A DNA stretch of 64,000 nt from Octopus vulgaris (GCA_951406725.2 OX597828.1:75578001-75642000), one strand, 5' to 3'; shown: positions 14,377 through 27,065, counted from the first letter of the stretch. Made by a program: numbers and translations. The notes: generated by a model from the letters alone, not told the origin.

Positions 14377-14830
14377 AGGCGACAAGCTGGCAGAATTGTT
14401 AGCGCGCTGGACGTAATGCTTAGTGGTATTTAACCCGTCACTACGTTCTGAGTTCAAATTCCGCCGAGGTTGATTTTGCCTTTCATCCTTTCGGAGCCGA
14501 TAAATTAAGTACCAGTGAAACACTAGGGTCTATATAATCGACTAGCCTCCAGCCTACAAATTTGACGCCTTGTGCCTTCTGTAGGATGGATTATTATAAT
14601 TATTATTATTATTATCATTATTAAGGCGGCCAGTTGGCAGAATTAACAAGTCAGGCGAAATGCTTAGCGGCATTTCGTCTGCCGCTACGTTCTGAGTTCA
14701 ATTCCACCGTGGTTGACTTTGCCTTTCATCCTTTCGGGGATCGATGAATTAAGTATCATAGGAACACTGGGGGTTGATATAATCGACATACTCCTTACCC
14801 CCAAATTCCAAGCCTTGTGCCTATGGTAGA
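14377..14830 (+). mobile_element. Two tandem SINE family A copies in (TTA)n
   Basis: GGCGACAAGCTGGCAGAAT...GTTCTGAGTTCAAATTCCGCCGAGG...GCCTTTCATCCTTTCGG at 14377-14590 and 14623-14830. Confidence 0.85.
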
Positions 14831-14934
14831 AAATAGTGTTATTAATAATATTTTGCTAGCCGTATTATTACTGTTTGCTTTCACCGCAATATCGAATATC
14901 AGGTATGTCCAGTGTATTAATTTGGTTGGTTGGT

Positions 14935-15560
14935 TCTATTACGTCCAATACAAATCCTGTACGTAATACATGCAGTGCTGCCTCGTACTGTTATTTTCTG
15001 TATTTTTGTGCATATTCATACAACCAGAATCTTTGTTATTTATTTTTTCCTAATGCACCGATTAACATTGATATTTTTTCTATTTTCACTCCCCATATTC
15101 TCTTTGAAATATTCATTATCGTTTGTTACAACTGATTCCTTGGTTAGGAGGCGCCTTTTTTCCCCGTTTTTCTTTGTCTGCAACAACCAATAGATAAGCC
15201 TTGATTTTCGTCTTTATGGCATTGTATAGCCCAGACTATTGTATTTTTTTTTCATTCACGGATATCGTTTCTAATGTGTGCTTATACCAGCTCCTAATGC
15301 TGCCATAAATTCCAGTGAATATAAGTTCTAACTCCGCCACGTCTATGGATATATTCTTTCTTATCTAAAACCAGTTAGCCAGATACAATGCGGTTAATTG
15401 TATCTCCGTATCTCCGGCATCTTCACTTATTCTGAAGTAATTAACGTATTCGGCTTCATTATGAGCCTTTGATGTTTGCTACTGATGAAGGTTCGAACCT
15501 GTCTTGCAATTAAGTAGTCTTCATCCTGTATTGAAGTTTTGTCGAATTCCACCCTGATTA
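14935..15560 (-). pseudogene. Old decayed copy of an R4/Dong-like LINE (zinc knuckle and RLE region)
   Basis: Minus strand DTINRIVSG*LVLDKKEYIHRRGGVRTYIHWNLWQH (~15405-15296) aligns with ETINHIISSCPVLAKKEYIHRHDRVGTYIHWKLCQH of the 16-kb element. An IQKI-like C-terminal remnant lies near 14990. Confidence 0.8.
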
Positions 15561-15799
15561 GTTTTGGCAGAGATTGAACAGGTAGGGGTTTCTCATGCAA
15601 TCCGTAATTCCAGTTTTATATTTGATTTTAACTTTTTCACAAGTGCTACTCCTCCGAATGACCGAATCATTAGAGCGACGGAGAAAATGCCATGTAGTAT
15701 TTTTCTGGCTGTTAATGTTCTAAGTTCAAATCTTACCGACATCACTAATGGTGGTGGCAGTTGTTTACATTGGTGAGACATGTTTCAGATAATGATGAT

Positions 15800-15997
15800 C
15801 TTAAAGTTTAGCACAAGGCCAGCAAGTTTTAAGAGAGGGCTAAGTCATTTACATCGATCCACGTACTCAACTAGTTCTTATTTCATCCGCTCCGAAACGA
15901 TGAAGGAATTTGAACTCAAACATAAAGATGGACAAGATACGAAATACCACTGAACATTTTTCTCCGACGTGCTAACGAGTCTACCAGCTCGCAGCCT
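15800..15997 (-). mobile_element. SINE family A copy
   Basis: TTTGAACTCA...GTGCTAACG...CCAGCTCGCAGCCTTAA, abutting (TAA)n. Confidence 0.75.
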
Positions 15998-16019
15998 TAA
16001 TAATAATAATAATAATAAC

Positions 16020-16066
<47 letters not shown>

Positions 16067-16071
16067 TAATG

Positions 16072-16123
<52 letters not shown>

Positions 16124-17311
16124 GTTACAGCTACAATATCCTTAACTGGACACGAAATGAACTGTCCAAAATAGATAGGAAAACAAGAAAAATACTGACA
16201 GGATCTAGGATGCATCACCCAAAATCTGATATAGAAAGACTATATATACAACGTATAGAAGGTGGTAGAGGCCTTATACAGCTGGAAAACTACTATAAAA
16301 TAACCACCATAGGACTGCAAAAATATCTACTTCAGAAGGAAGGAAAACTGATCCAGATAGCAGCAAAACACGAGCAAAACAAAAAACTGTTCTCAGTATT
16401 TAAGGAAGCTGACAAATACAAACAAGAAATCATACCACCTAATAAACACAAAGAAGAAGAAGAAGATGATGAAGAAACAACAAAAGCTATAAAACAAATG
16501 AAATCCAAACTAAAAATAGAACAGCAACGAGCCATGATAAAACGATGGCAAGAAAAACCCCTTCATGGTAAATACTTCACTAAACTAAACGCAAAAGAAA
16601 TAGACAAAGAAAAATCCCAGCAATGGTTGAGAAGCTCAGGACTCAAAGCAGAAACAGAGGGATTTTTAATTGCAGCACAAGACCAAAGCCTCCCCACCAG
16701 AAATTACCAAAAACATGTAATGAAAAGAAATATTACAAGTAACTGCAGAATATGTGGAGATGGACAAGAAACAATAAATCATATTATCTCTAGCTGCCCA
16801 GTCCTCGCTAAGAAGGAATATATTCACAGACATGACAGAGTTGGAACCTACATACATTGGAAGCTATGCCAACATTATGGAATAACAACAGAAAAAAGAT
16901 GGTATAGGCACACACCAGAAAAGGTCACAGAAAACGAGAAAGCAACCATACTCTGGGATATGCCGATACACACAGATAGAGAAATTAAGGCCAACAGACC
17001 AGATATAGTTGTCAGAGATCATGAAGAAAAAAATGCTTTCTAATTGATGTATCAATACCGGCAGATGACAACGTGTCTCTAAAAGAAATGGAGAAACTCT
17101 CAAAATACAAAGACCTGGAAATAGAGGTAACTAGAATGTGGAACCTGAAAACAGAAACAATTCCTATCATAGTAGGTGCATTAGGCATGATAAAAAATAT
17201 TCAGACAAATACATAACAAAAACACCAGGACTTACAAACACATATAACATACAGAAAATTGCACTACTAGGCACTGCACACATCCTACGCAGAACACTTT
17301 CCATACAATAA
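16124..17311 (+). pseudogene. C-terminal part of the LINE ORF (RT thumb, CCHC, RLE endonuclease) with two -1 frameshifts
   Basis: ORF 16069-17043 continues after A-run 17027-17033 as CFLIDVSIPADDNVSLKEMEKLSKYKDLEIEVTRMW...IPIIVGALGMI. After A-run 17192-17197 it continues as YSDKYITKTPGLTNTYNIQKIALLGTAHILRRTLSIQ* (stop 17309-17311). Confidence 0.9.
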
Positions 17312-17405
17312 CCATCAGAGCATCACAACAAATCACAGCACATACCCAAGGCACACAGAGCTGCGCTCGGTAGTGAAGTGAAAGCACGCTATAAAAATAA
17401 AACTA

Positions 17406-17408
<3 letters not shown>
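16124..17408 (+). mobile_element. 5'-truncated R4/Dong-clade non-LTR retrotransposon (RLE type) inserted in a (TAA)n microsatellite
   Basis: Flanked by (TAA)n at 15997-16123 and 17409-17486. Encodes the post-RT region (RLY...GGRGL), CCHC knuckle CRICGDGQETINHIISSC, RHD motif and the PD...D...E-K restriction-like endonuclease. About 100 bp of 3' UTR. Confidence 0.92.
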
Positions 17409-17486
<78 letters not shown>

Positions 17487-17904
17487 CATCTTCAGTGGTA
17501 AGCAGATAGAATCATTACTCACATGCAGAATTATAAACTTTGCAAAAAATAGGTTTATTTCTCTGTGGGGGAGAATTATGTATAAAGTGAAGAACAGTTT
17601 TCTAAGAATTTGGTTGCGAGAGAATTGTTGTTATTGTTGTTCGTAGGTGCGAACATTGAGAAAGAATTGAATTATCTCAAGTCACACTGCGAGGTCTTTT
17701 GCATCCAGTGTGATTTTGTCTGCATGTATTATGCATTGACATATGTATTGAATTACTTTACTCCTTCTACAACAAACATTATATGCTCTACCGCAAAATA
17801 TACATGTGCATATTTTGTCAACACACAATCAACTGTATGTACAGAAAGGTTTGTGTGCGCGCATATATATACACACACACACACATATATTTATATATAT
17901 ATAA

Positions 17905-17964
<60 letters not shown>

Positions 17965-18169
17965 CATATAAATATATATATGTACGGAGCAAATAATTCA
18001 TTAGAAAAATATTTTACGAAGGAATCATTGATTGTTCCCGTTTGCCTTCGGACGGTTGATTTCAGTAGTTATTATCAGTCTATTTTCGCGATTTAAATAA
18101 GAGTTTTGACTGTTATTTCTAGCGGTTAGACATACTTACCATGTCCTTTGATTTATTTTATTCCTTCGG

Positions 18170-18216
<47 letters not shown>

Positions 18217-19174
18217 CTTTAATATCGAACAGTGAGAATGAATGTTCGTTATCGGATAGGTAAAAAAATATTCTTCGTTTGTGGGTTAACAAGGCTACCA
18301 ATGGCTTCACCAAGGCAGAAATCTCTCAACAATTTTGGAGGAGAGCACACGAAGCTGCATGAGACAGTGTGGGATTTTTAGACAGATAAACATTTATACA
18401 GATTACAAGAAGTGATTTATAGGAAACGATTGCATTAGCCTTGCATTAGCCGTTGTATATTTGTAATAATGAACTACATTCATCATATATTGATTAATTA
18501 CTTACTCAGTTTATGTGAGAATGTTTGCGAACGTCCAAATTCATAAATACACACATATGCACACGTGCACATCCGTACAAAATACAGAGGCACACATGTA
18601 TTATCAGACTTTTCAAGATCCATTAGGCTACTCCCATTTATATGACGAATGCGAGTAAATGTACATAAGTGTTTGCATTAGTATACGGTTGCAGTGACTA
18701 TCGGTATAGCAACGTATCTATGTAACTATGTTTGTAAATTGTCTATGCTTTTCTAACATAACGCAACCCCTTAACTTCTTTCCATTAATCTATTTGTTGG
18801 TGTTTGATGAATTGCCCCTATCTGCATTCTTCTTTGTATCTTAACCAACATATTAACTTGAATTAACTGTAATTAATCACCTGGTCGCTTGTCCATCTCC
18901 TTTTTTTCCCTTTCTTCACGTCACCCATTAACTCCTCAGGCACACACACCAATCCATCTGCTTGGTCATTTTTCTCTCGAATTCTGTCCGACAATTTTTG
19001 CTTTTCTCTATTTCCACTCTCTTAAATCAATTCTTATTGTGTATTTCTCCTCGTAACAAATCAACTTTACCATTTTTGTGGAATCGGTGTTGAATGGTAT
19101 TTGCCATCAAAAACCATCGGCACAACTTCCGTTGAATCCAGATTTCAGCCAGGTTCATAATAAATTTGAAGTCG

Positions 19175-19352
19175 GTGCCGACGTGGCAGTGTAGGAAGAA
19201 ACTTGGTTCCAGGTTCAGTCCCACTGCGTGGCACCTTGAGCAAGTGTCTTCTAATATAGTCTCGGCTCGACTAAACCCTTCTCAGTGGATATCGCGGACA
19301 GGAACTGAATGAAAGCCGTCGTATACACGCAAACACACACACATACACACAC

Positions 19353-19402
<50 letters not shown>

Positions 19403-19590
19403 TGTGTCTTTATGTCTGTGTCAATGTATTTACGAGCCCACAACTTAGCGGTTCGGCTAAGAAAAGCTTATAGAATAAGTACCAGGATTTAACAAATAAG
19501 TAATGGTCTCGATTCATTCGAGTAAGACTCCTCAAGGCAGTGCCCCAGCATGGTCACAGTCTAATGACTAAATCAAAATATAAAAGTGAC
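19175..19590 (+). mobile_element. SINE family B (tRNA head, CORE-like box, internal TA/CA microsatellite), decayed
   Basis: GGTTCAGTCCCACTGCGTGGCACCTTGAGCAAGTGTCTT...AACTTAGCGGTTCGGC...CCCCAGCATGGTCACAGTC. Confidence 0.8.
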
Positions 19591-19700
19591 TATTTTATTG
19601 CGAAATAAATTCTTTTTTATACACAATTCGTGGATCGAATTTTGGCGGTCAGTGAATTATTTCAGCTTGGACCGCTTACTCAGTGTACAAGAGAATAAAG

Positions 19701-19983
19701 CATTTCTATTCGTCAAAGAATAAATACTGTAAAACTTCTTCAAGTGGAGATTAAAATAGACACCAAACACATTAAAGTGGTTTTAAAACAAATCAAAACG
19801 TGAGTAGTTAAATAAAACACAACCGATGTCTATGAACTGATTAAACTTAAGCTGGTTGGTTTTAGATTTGAAGATATTTCAGTTTACTTTGACCTTAAAC
19901 TTATGAACGAATCCGTCAGGAAGCTACGAACCCAGAAACATCGGTATTCCACGAAGAGCCAAACAAAGAAGCAAGAAGGAAAC
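19701..19983. repeat. 283-bp segment with an inverted copy at 23278-23560
   Basis: About 12 substitutions and no indels by manual alignment (~96% identity). Confidence 0.92.
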
Positions 19984-20644
19984 ATAAAATATGCTTGTGT
20001 TTGAAATTCGTATTCGTGTAACGGTGTTAAGAAGAAATAACATATTATTCCGTATGCAGTGACTGTACATCATATTGGCAACGTGGAGGTATTCGTGACA
20101 AAGTCAACAAGATAGACAAAGAACATAGTGAATCAGTTGATGGGTAGTTCAACGATTCTACAATGAACACTGAAGAATGTTTGTGAATGTTTCCATTCAA
20201 CGTTTCGATTGACTCAGTTACAACAGACCATGGCAAGTCTTCTTTAGGGAAGAATGGTTTCATTAAAAGCAAGTGAATGTACAACCAGACTAACTGTGTT
20301 TTGTATTTCCTAAAGATAAAATTCTCAAACTCCAGAAGTGTTGCCATACAAAATTAACCAAATTTATTACACGTTAGCTAGAGGCATCCGAAATTGGTTT
20401 TTGCATTATTTAATTAGAAAGTCAAAAAACGTTTAATTTGCTTTAAGATTATTTTACAAGATTATTTTAATTCACATCTAGCTAGTTTTAATTTACTATG
20501 AGATTATATAAACTGGTACTTGAAAATGTGTGGCCAGGCACCGACATCGACTTAATCCCCTGTTCTCTCCCATCTCATGCACTCTCCTCCTTTCCTTCAT
20601 ACACTCGCGCGCCGATTCTTCCCATTTGTGTACATATATGTATA

Positions 20645-21052
20645 CTCTTTACTCTTTTTACTCTTTTACATGTTTCAGTCATTTGACTGCGGCCATGCTG
20701 GAGCACCGCCTTTAATCGAGCAACTCGGTCCCGGGACTTATTCTTTGTAAGCCCAGTACTTATTCTATCGGTTTCTTTTGCCGAACCGCTAAGTGACGGG
20801 GACGTAAACACACCAACATCGGTTGTCAAGCAATGCTAGGGGTACAAACACAGACACACAAACACATACACATACATATACATATATACGACAGGCTTCT
20901 TTCAGTTTCCGTCTACCAAATCCACTCACAAGGCATTGGTCGGCCCGGGGCTATAGCAGAAGACACTTGCCCAAGATGCCACGCAGTGGGACTGAACCCG
21001 GAACCATGTGGTTGGTTAGCAAGCTACTTACTACACAGCCACTCCTGCGCCT
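20645..21052 (-). mobile_element. SINE family B, full length, young
   Basis: Reverse complement GGCGCAGGAGTGGCTGTGTAGTAAG...GGGTTCAGTCCCAC...ATGACTGAAACATG with a (TAAAAGAG)n tail. Confidence 0.9.
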
Positions 21053-21082
21053 GTATACATACATATATATATATATAATTTC

Positions 21083-21223
21083 AGAGTTGTTAATAGTTTC
21101 ATACTTATGTGATTATTGAACAAGCATATTTATAAAACATGCCATGCTCGGATGAGAAACATGGTGTATTTTATAAATATGCTTGTTCAAGTATCATAAC
21201 TATATGTAACTATTAGGAGCTCT
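21083..21223. other. Hairpin: perfect 22-bp stem with imperfect extensions and a 13-nt loop
   Basis: TTGAACAAGCATATTTATAAAA (21116-21137) is the exact reverse complement of 21169-21190. Confidence 0.8.
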
Positions 21224-21308
21224 TTCGGTCGTGTATTCAATTGGTATTTCACCTCTCACAGGTTGGAGTACTTTTTATGTTGATTCTACCTATACTGGAT
21301 ATATAATG

Positions 21309-21344
<36 letters not shown>

Positions 21345-21801
21345 GGGCAAAACCAATGCAAGTTATAAGAAATAATACAGGTCGATGGTTTGTACTCTTG
21401 CATTTCAATATATGTCACACACTAAAGAACAGAACAGTCAGCTCACAGCACTTTTCCTCCGAAGATTTTCTGAAGGGCGGGTCTTGACCTTGAAATATTG
21501 TAATACTTGTTTCTATTCCTGAGCGTTATACCAATACATCTCTTTGTTCTGTACACCAACTGTCTTCGTCTTTTGTTTATTTCATAAACTCTCCCTATAC
21601 ATAATACACAAACACACTCGCATACAGACTGAGAGAGATGGGTAGGTGGTTATAGTGATAAGCGCATATACATACCATCACTCGCAACTCAGGGTTTCTT
21701 TCTTTTGGCATTCATCATGTTTTCGCAACTGATTGTAACGTGCAAACACAAGCGCTCTCAACCCTTGCTCTTAATCCAACTAAATTTCCTGTATGTGGCA
21801 G

Positions 21802-21842
<41 letters not shown>

Positions 21843-21844
21843 GT

Positions 21845-22088
21845 TTCAAATTTTGCCACAAGGGTAGCCATTTTCGTGGAGGGGGGTGAGTCGATTCCAT
21901 CAACGCCAGTGTTTCACTAGTTCTTAATCTATCAACCCTGAAAGGATAAACGGCAAAGTCGACCTCGGTGAAATTTGAACTCAGAACCTGAAGACGGACG
22001 GAATGCCGCTAAGCATTTTACCCGGCGTGCTAACGATTCCGCCAGTTCGCAGCCTTAAATAATACTAATAATAATAATAAAAATAATG

Positions 22089-22143
<55 letters not shown>

Positions 22144-22355
22144 TTATAATAATAATGATTTCAAATTTTGGCACGAGGTCTGCAATTTAGGGTGACATCG
22201 ACCCCAGTGCTCAACTGGTGCTTGTTTTTTCGACCCCAGAAGGAAGAAAAGCAAAGACGACCTCGGCGGAATTTGAACTCAGAACGTAATGACGGATGAA
22301 ATGCCACCAAGCATTTTGTTCGGCATACTATCGATTCAGCCAACTCGCCGCCTTA
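21845..22355 (-). mobile_element. Two SINE family A copies separated by (AAT)n
   Basis: 21845-22056 and 22158-22355: GGCAAAGTCGACCTCGG...TTTGAACTCAGAAC...CCTTA. Confidence 0.85.
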
Positions 22356-22363
22356 GCAATAAT

Positions 22364-22730
22364 AATAAGAGCACTCAGAGAGCGCAAACCTCTGCCAAAA
22401 CAGCACCAACGTCCTCTTAACGATTCGCCGGAGATGATTTTTAAAATGAGAATATCTGAAATAAACACGACTGCTCTCACAAACGGGAATACTAAAAATG
22501 AACCCGACCGCTCTCAAAAATTATCAAAAAAACAAACAAAACGGGTAAACTTATCCAGAAGCCTTGTCCGGTACCGGATCAATCCTAAAATCTAATCAAT
22601 TCGTGCCAGTCACGAGACTAAACATCCCTGAGATTTTCATCCGAATCCATTCAGAGGTTTTTGAGATATCTTGTCCACAGAAACAAACATGACTGAAAAC
22701 GATACCTCCGCCTTCGCTAAGGTGGTGGTA
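22364..22730 (-). mobile_element. DINE-1/HINE-like element, second copy
   Basis: Collinear with 159-515; terminal hairpin TACCTCCGCCTTCGCTAAGGTGGTGGTA. Confidence 0.7.
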
Positions 22731-22977
22731 ATTATGTAAAGAATAGAGACAAATGAAAATAGTCCACCGACGGTTTCGTATTATTTTTAACACCTTCGTT
22801 TAGAAAACTTATTTTGGTTAATAACTGATATGTGAACTCTGTGATTAAAAGATAGTCCTCGTTTCTAATTGTTTCCCAAATGGAATGGTCTCACAACCAG
22901 ACTTTCGGTATTTCAGACATGTTCACTACTCTTCAACTTTGGTAAATTCTATCACTCACCAAACTTTCCTGGTTATA

Positions 22978-23277
22978 TCTAATATAATAAATGCGAAAAC
23001 TAATTTCTGTGTGTCAGTGTGTCACACTTCGACTCCTTCTTTCACTACTCATTGACACCCTTGCTATTGCTCATGTTGAGGTGAGAGTAATAGTAGTCAT
23101 TGACGGTTGTGATAGTAATGGGGTGATAGTAATAGTGTGAGCTGTAGTTGTGATAGAGGCAGAGGCGACGGTGATGATGGTGGTGGTAGTAGCTGAAGTG
23201 GTCAGGGACAATGGTGATAGTAAGCGATGTGAACAACAGTGGTGATGGTGATAGAGGGGAAGGCGGCGAAGTCAAAG
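22978..23277 (+). mobile_element. Helitron-like 5' portion, 3'-truncated
   Basis: A|TCTAATATAATAAATGCGAAA start, then a TGTG/CTGT stretch and a GT-rich body. No CTAG end; joins directly to the inverted 283-bp copy. Confidence 0.55.
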
Positions 23278-24479
23278 GTTTCCTTCTTGCTTCTTTGTTT
23301 GGCTCTTCATGGAATACCGATGTTTCTGGGTTCATAGCTTCCTGACGGATTCGTTCATAAGTTTAAGGTCAAAGTAAACTGAAATATCTTCAAATCTAAA
23401 ACCAGCCAGCTTAAGTTTAATCAGTTCATAGACATCGGTTGTGTTTTATTTAACTACTCACTTTTTGATTTGTTTTAAAACAACTTTAATGCGTTTGGTG
23501 TCTATTTTAATCTCCACTTGAAAAGGTCTTAGAGTACTTATTCTTTGACGAATAGAAGTGTGATATGCAGGGGATTTGAATACACGACTTAAAGCGGTGT
23601 AACTAAATAAGCTTTTGACTAGGGATGTACTATTCCTGCCATATTACATACATGATAATGATTTGTAGTATAAGCACAAGACCTCACACCGTGGAGGAAG
23701 ATCATTGAGTACTCTGTACTTATTTCATCGGTTGAGAAAGGAAGAATAGATGCAAAACTGACATCGGCGGTAATTGAACAGGAAGCGTAAAATAACTTAC
23801 TTGAATACAGCAAGATATATTGACGCACCGGCAGCTCTTCCAATCCAGAAATATTAAATTATTTAAATAATAATGAATTATATAATCCGAATGATTATAC
23901 ATTGTGTAATACGGAAATCTATTTCATTGATATTTATATAATATCGACGCAGAGAATCCGTTAAAGATTAAAGTGTGTTTTTAAGGTTACATATGTTGTC
24001 TAGAGGAAAATAGGAGGAATATGCATTATATACGACGTATCTTTGTCTCATAGAAATTCTACAGAAATGTATAGAAAACACTCATGGCTATTGTGTTAAG
24101 TGAAACAAGTTTCCCGTTTGTTTCTCAAGTTTCATTGATTTTATAAAAGAATATAACAAAGACGCAATTTACTCGTTCTCTCTCTCTCACACACGATCGT
24201 AGAATCCTTCTGTTTAACTCCCTTGGCGCTTGCTATTATTTTGCAATGAAATGTATTCAAATCCTTATCGCGAATTCCAGTTTTATTCATTAGCTCCACG
24301 AAGTGTTTTAATGAGAATACTCTTTGAAGATCCACAAAGGAAAGCCAACCTCTTGTGCTTTACGGTATTGGCAATAATATAAACGTAAGGCTCTTATAGA
24401 AAAATCATCAAATATTGTAAGGTCAGCAGTCTATATGCTGTTACATATCGTCTGTTCTGATTTTACAATAAAAAATATC

Positions 24480-25080
24480 CCCTACGTGACTGCATCTTCA
24501 TTATATCGACACAACGTTTTATGTTGCTTGTTTTGTTATATCTCCACACCATTTCATGCTAGTTGTTCTATCATCTTTCTATATAACCAGCTATATTGTA
24601 AATAGCATATCATGTTCTTTTATATAATCTACGCAGTTTCCTGTTGTCTGCTTCAACAAAACTTTATTCCTTATCATCTGCCATTATTAATTAATGATAA
24701 AATACCGACACCTCATTTCTTTCTTTTACTTAGCTTGTTATCATTACGTGTTCTATGCTACCATTAAACTAACAATAGAATAGCAACACATGCCTACTCA
24801 TCTAATATGGCTACATACATTACTGTATCGTCTGCTATAATTAAACATTCTCACTTGTTAGTGGTTGTGTCTACGTCATATCTCCTGAGTGTCTATTACG
24901 GCTAGCCATAGCTTCTTCTCGTCTGACATTGTTGCACACACTTCATTGTCGTCTGCTTGGCCATGCTATATCTCCTTATCGTCTGCTATGGTTACCCATA
25001 GTTTCTTCTCATCTGCTATTGCAATACTATGTTCCCTGTCGTCTCTTACACCATAGCTCCTTATCGTCTGCTGTACTTTC
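24480..25080. repeat. Degenerate ~30-bp minisatellite
   Basis: Recurring CCATAG.T.CTT.TC(G/A)TCTGCTAT-like unit, clearest for about 6 units at 24900-25080. Confidence 0.6.
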
Positions 25081-25269
25081 TAAATCAGTTATTTCTCACA
25101 AAGTATCAATACGGCAGTCTGGATTTCATTGATTTGGAGAAACTCTAACGCCGTCCATTGCTGCGAGAATAATTAAGTTGGCTACAGATGGTTTACAAAC
25201 ACTTTTTACTTCTTTTTTATCTATTTTCTTTTACCTTATTCATTTCTTGTATTTTCTACATTTCCACAT

Positions 25270-25322
<53 letters not shown>

Positions 25323-26229
25323 AATGTTAACTGTTAAGTAATAAACGTTTTCTTTCCCTTTTCCTCCATTTTTTCTTTTTATTTCTCATTTCATTCTTCA
25401 AACTTCTTTCCATTCGTTCTGATTTCGTTCAATATATCTTTTTCAAACAAAGTACCACCATCTATATCTAATATTTCTTTTCTTTGTCTCCCATTTTGTG
25501 TACAACGTTTTCTTCTGTATCCCTTCTCTATTTTTCTTACTTCTTCCCTTTCAAGAAAGCAATTCTTTCTTTTCACGATTTTTCTTTTCGATTAAACTTC
25601 AAATCCATTCCATCATGTCAGTCAAACACGTTCCGATCCCCCCACCCCACCCCTCTCTCACTTTCTTTCTTATTCACACACACATATTCCTATCCATCTT
25701 TCTCTGTCAACACTTTCCCCTTTCTACCTTCACAATTTTACAATACATCTATAATATATACGGTAGATACATATGTGAGGGTTTGGGTGTGTACACGGAC
25801 ACATACACACACATTTATACACATATGTCTATAGACCCATACGACTTACCTAATGATCAATCTCTCTCTCTCTCACTCTCTCTCTCTCTCTCTCAATATT
25901 CTCTAGATGCTTCTCCCTCCCCTTCTACATCCTATTCCGCTTTCATTCACTCACCTCTTTCCTTTATTCCTTTTAACATATTGCTTATTCCTCCATTTTT
26001 CACCATGCATTCTTCCTTCACCCACCACCACCACCATGCATTCTTCCTTCATTCATCAATCATTCCTTCTTCGTCATTTCTTCCTGTCATTCATCTATTC
26101 CTTCCTGAAATATTCTTTCCTCAATTTTTCTGTTTCAGTCAAATTCATTTCGTTCAACTTCTTTAAATTTGTGCACATCACACACACAGACACACAGACA
26201 CAGACACACACACACACACACTTACATAC

Positions 26230-26281
<52 letters not shown>

Positions 26282-26306
26282 GTGTACATACATGAATGTG
26301 TGTGTG

Positions 26307-26350
<44 letters not shown>

Positions 26351-27013
26351 CACACACATCTTTCTTTTTATATTTTTAGATATATAATTCCATTCAGTTT
26401 CAATCACATTCTTACTTATTTAAGAAGTTAATTTTATTTTTGTCACTGTTCCATTATATTTGTATTTCTTCATCTCTCCCCCCACCTTTTTTTTTTACTT
26501 TTGAATTTTCTTTCCCTTATTTCTTCCTTCCCACCAACACGCTTCACCCTCCGTCCGATCCACATGTCCTTCTTCCATATCCTCCCCACCACTTCCTACT
26601 TCAAATTCCCCCTGTCTGCCGATTCCTCCACTATTTGCCGACCTTTGTGGTGAAAGTAACGGATGAAAAACAGATACCTTTAAATCGATAACACAACCAC
26701 GATATCGCAACAACGGAAATAATAATAATGATAAATAAAAAAAAAGAAATAATAAACAAAAAAAAATCCATTCAGTCATAGAAAACAGATAAAGAAAAGA
26801 AAAGAAAACAAAAGAAAACTATGAGGGGCCACTTTAAAAATAGAACTTGAGCAAAGAAAGAGAGAATAGCGAGAGTGGAGAAAAGCAATTTTTTTTTATC
26901 GCTGCCTCACTGAATACTTCATACCTAATTTCTTAGATTTGTGTTCTTTCATTAGATTAAGCTACTTATGTATAAGTTTGCTCACGTGGAGAGAACGGCA
27001 TGTCAAGAAAAAC

Positions 27014-27065
<52 letters not shown>

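Noticed and set aside
15482-15510. CTGATGA followed by an AGGTTCGAACCT hairpin
   Set aside because: No GAAA after the stem, and it lies within a decayed LINE. The CTGATGA matches at ~35081 and ~61421 also lack hammerhead topology.
24480-25080. Repeat-spacer look-alike (CRISPR)
   Set aside because: Eukaryotic context, degenerate short cores, linkers related to one another, no cas genes.
25484-26691. F/S/L/P-rich ORFs up to 222 aa
   Set aside because: Pyrimidine-rich low complexity and microsatellites; no domain or exon structure.
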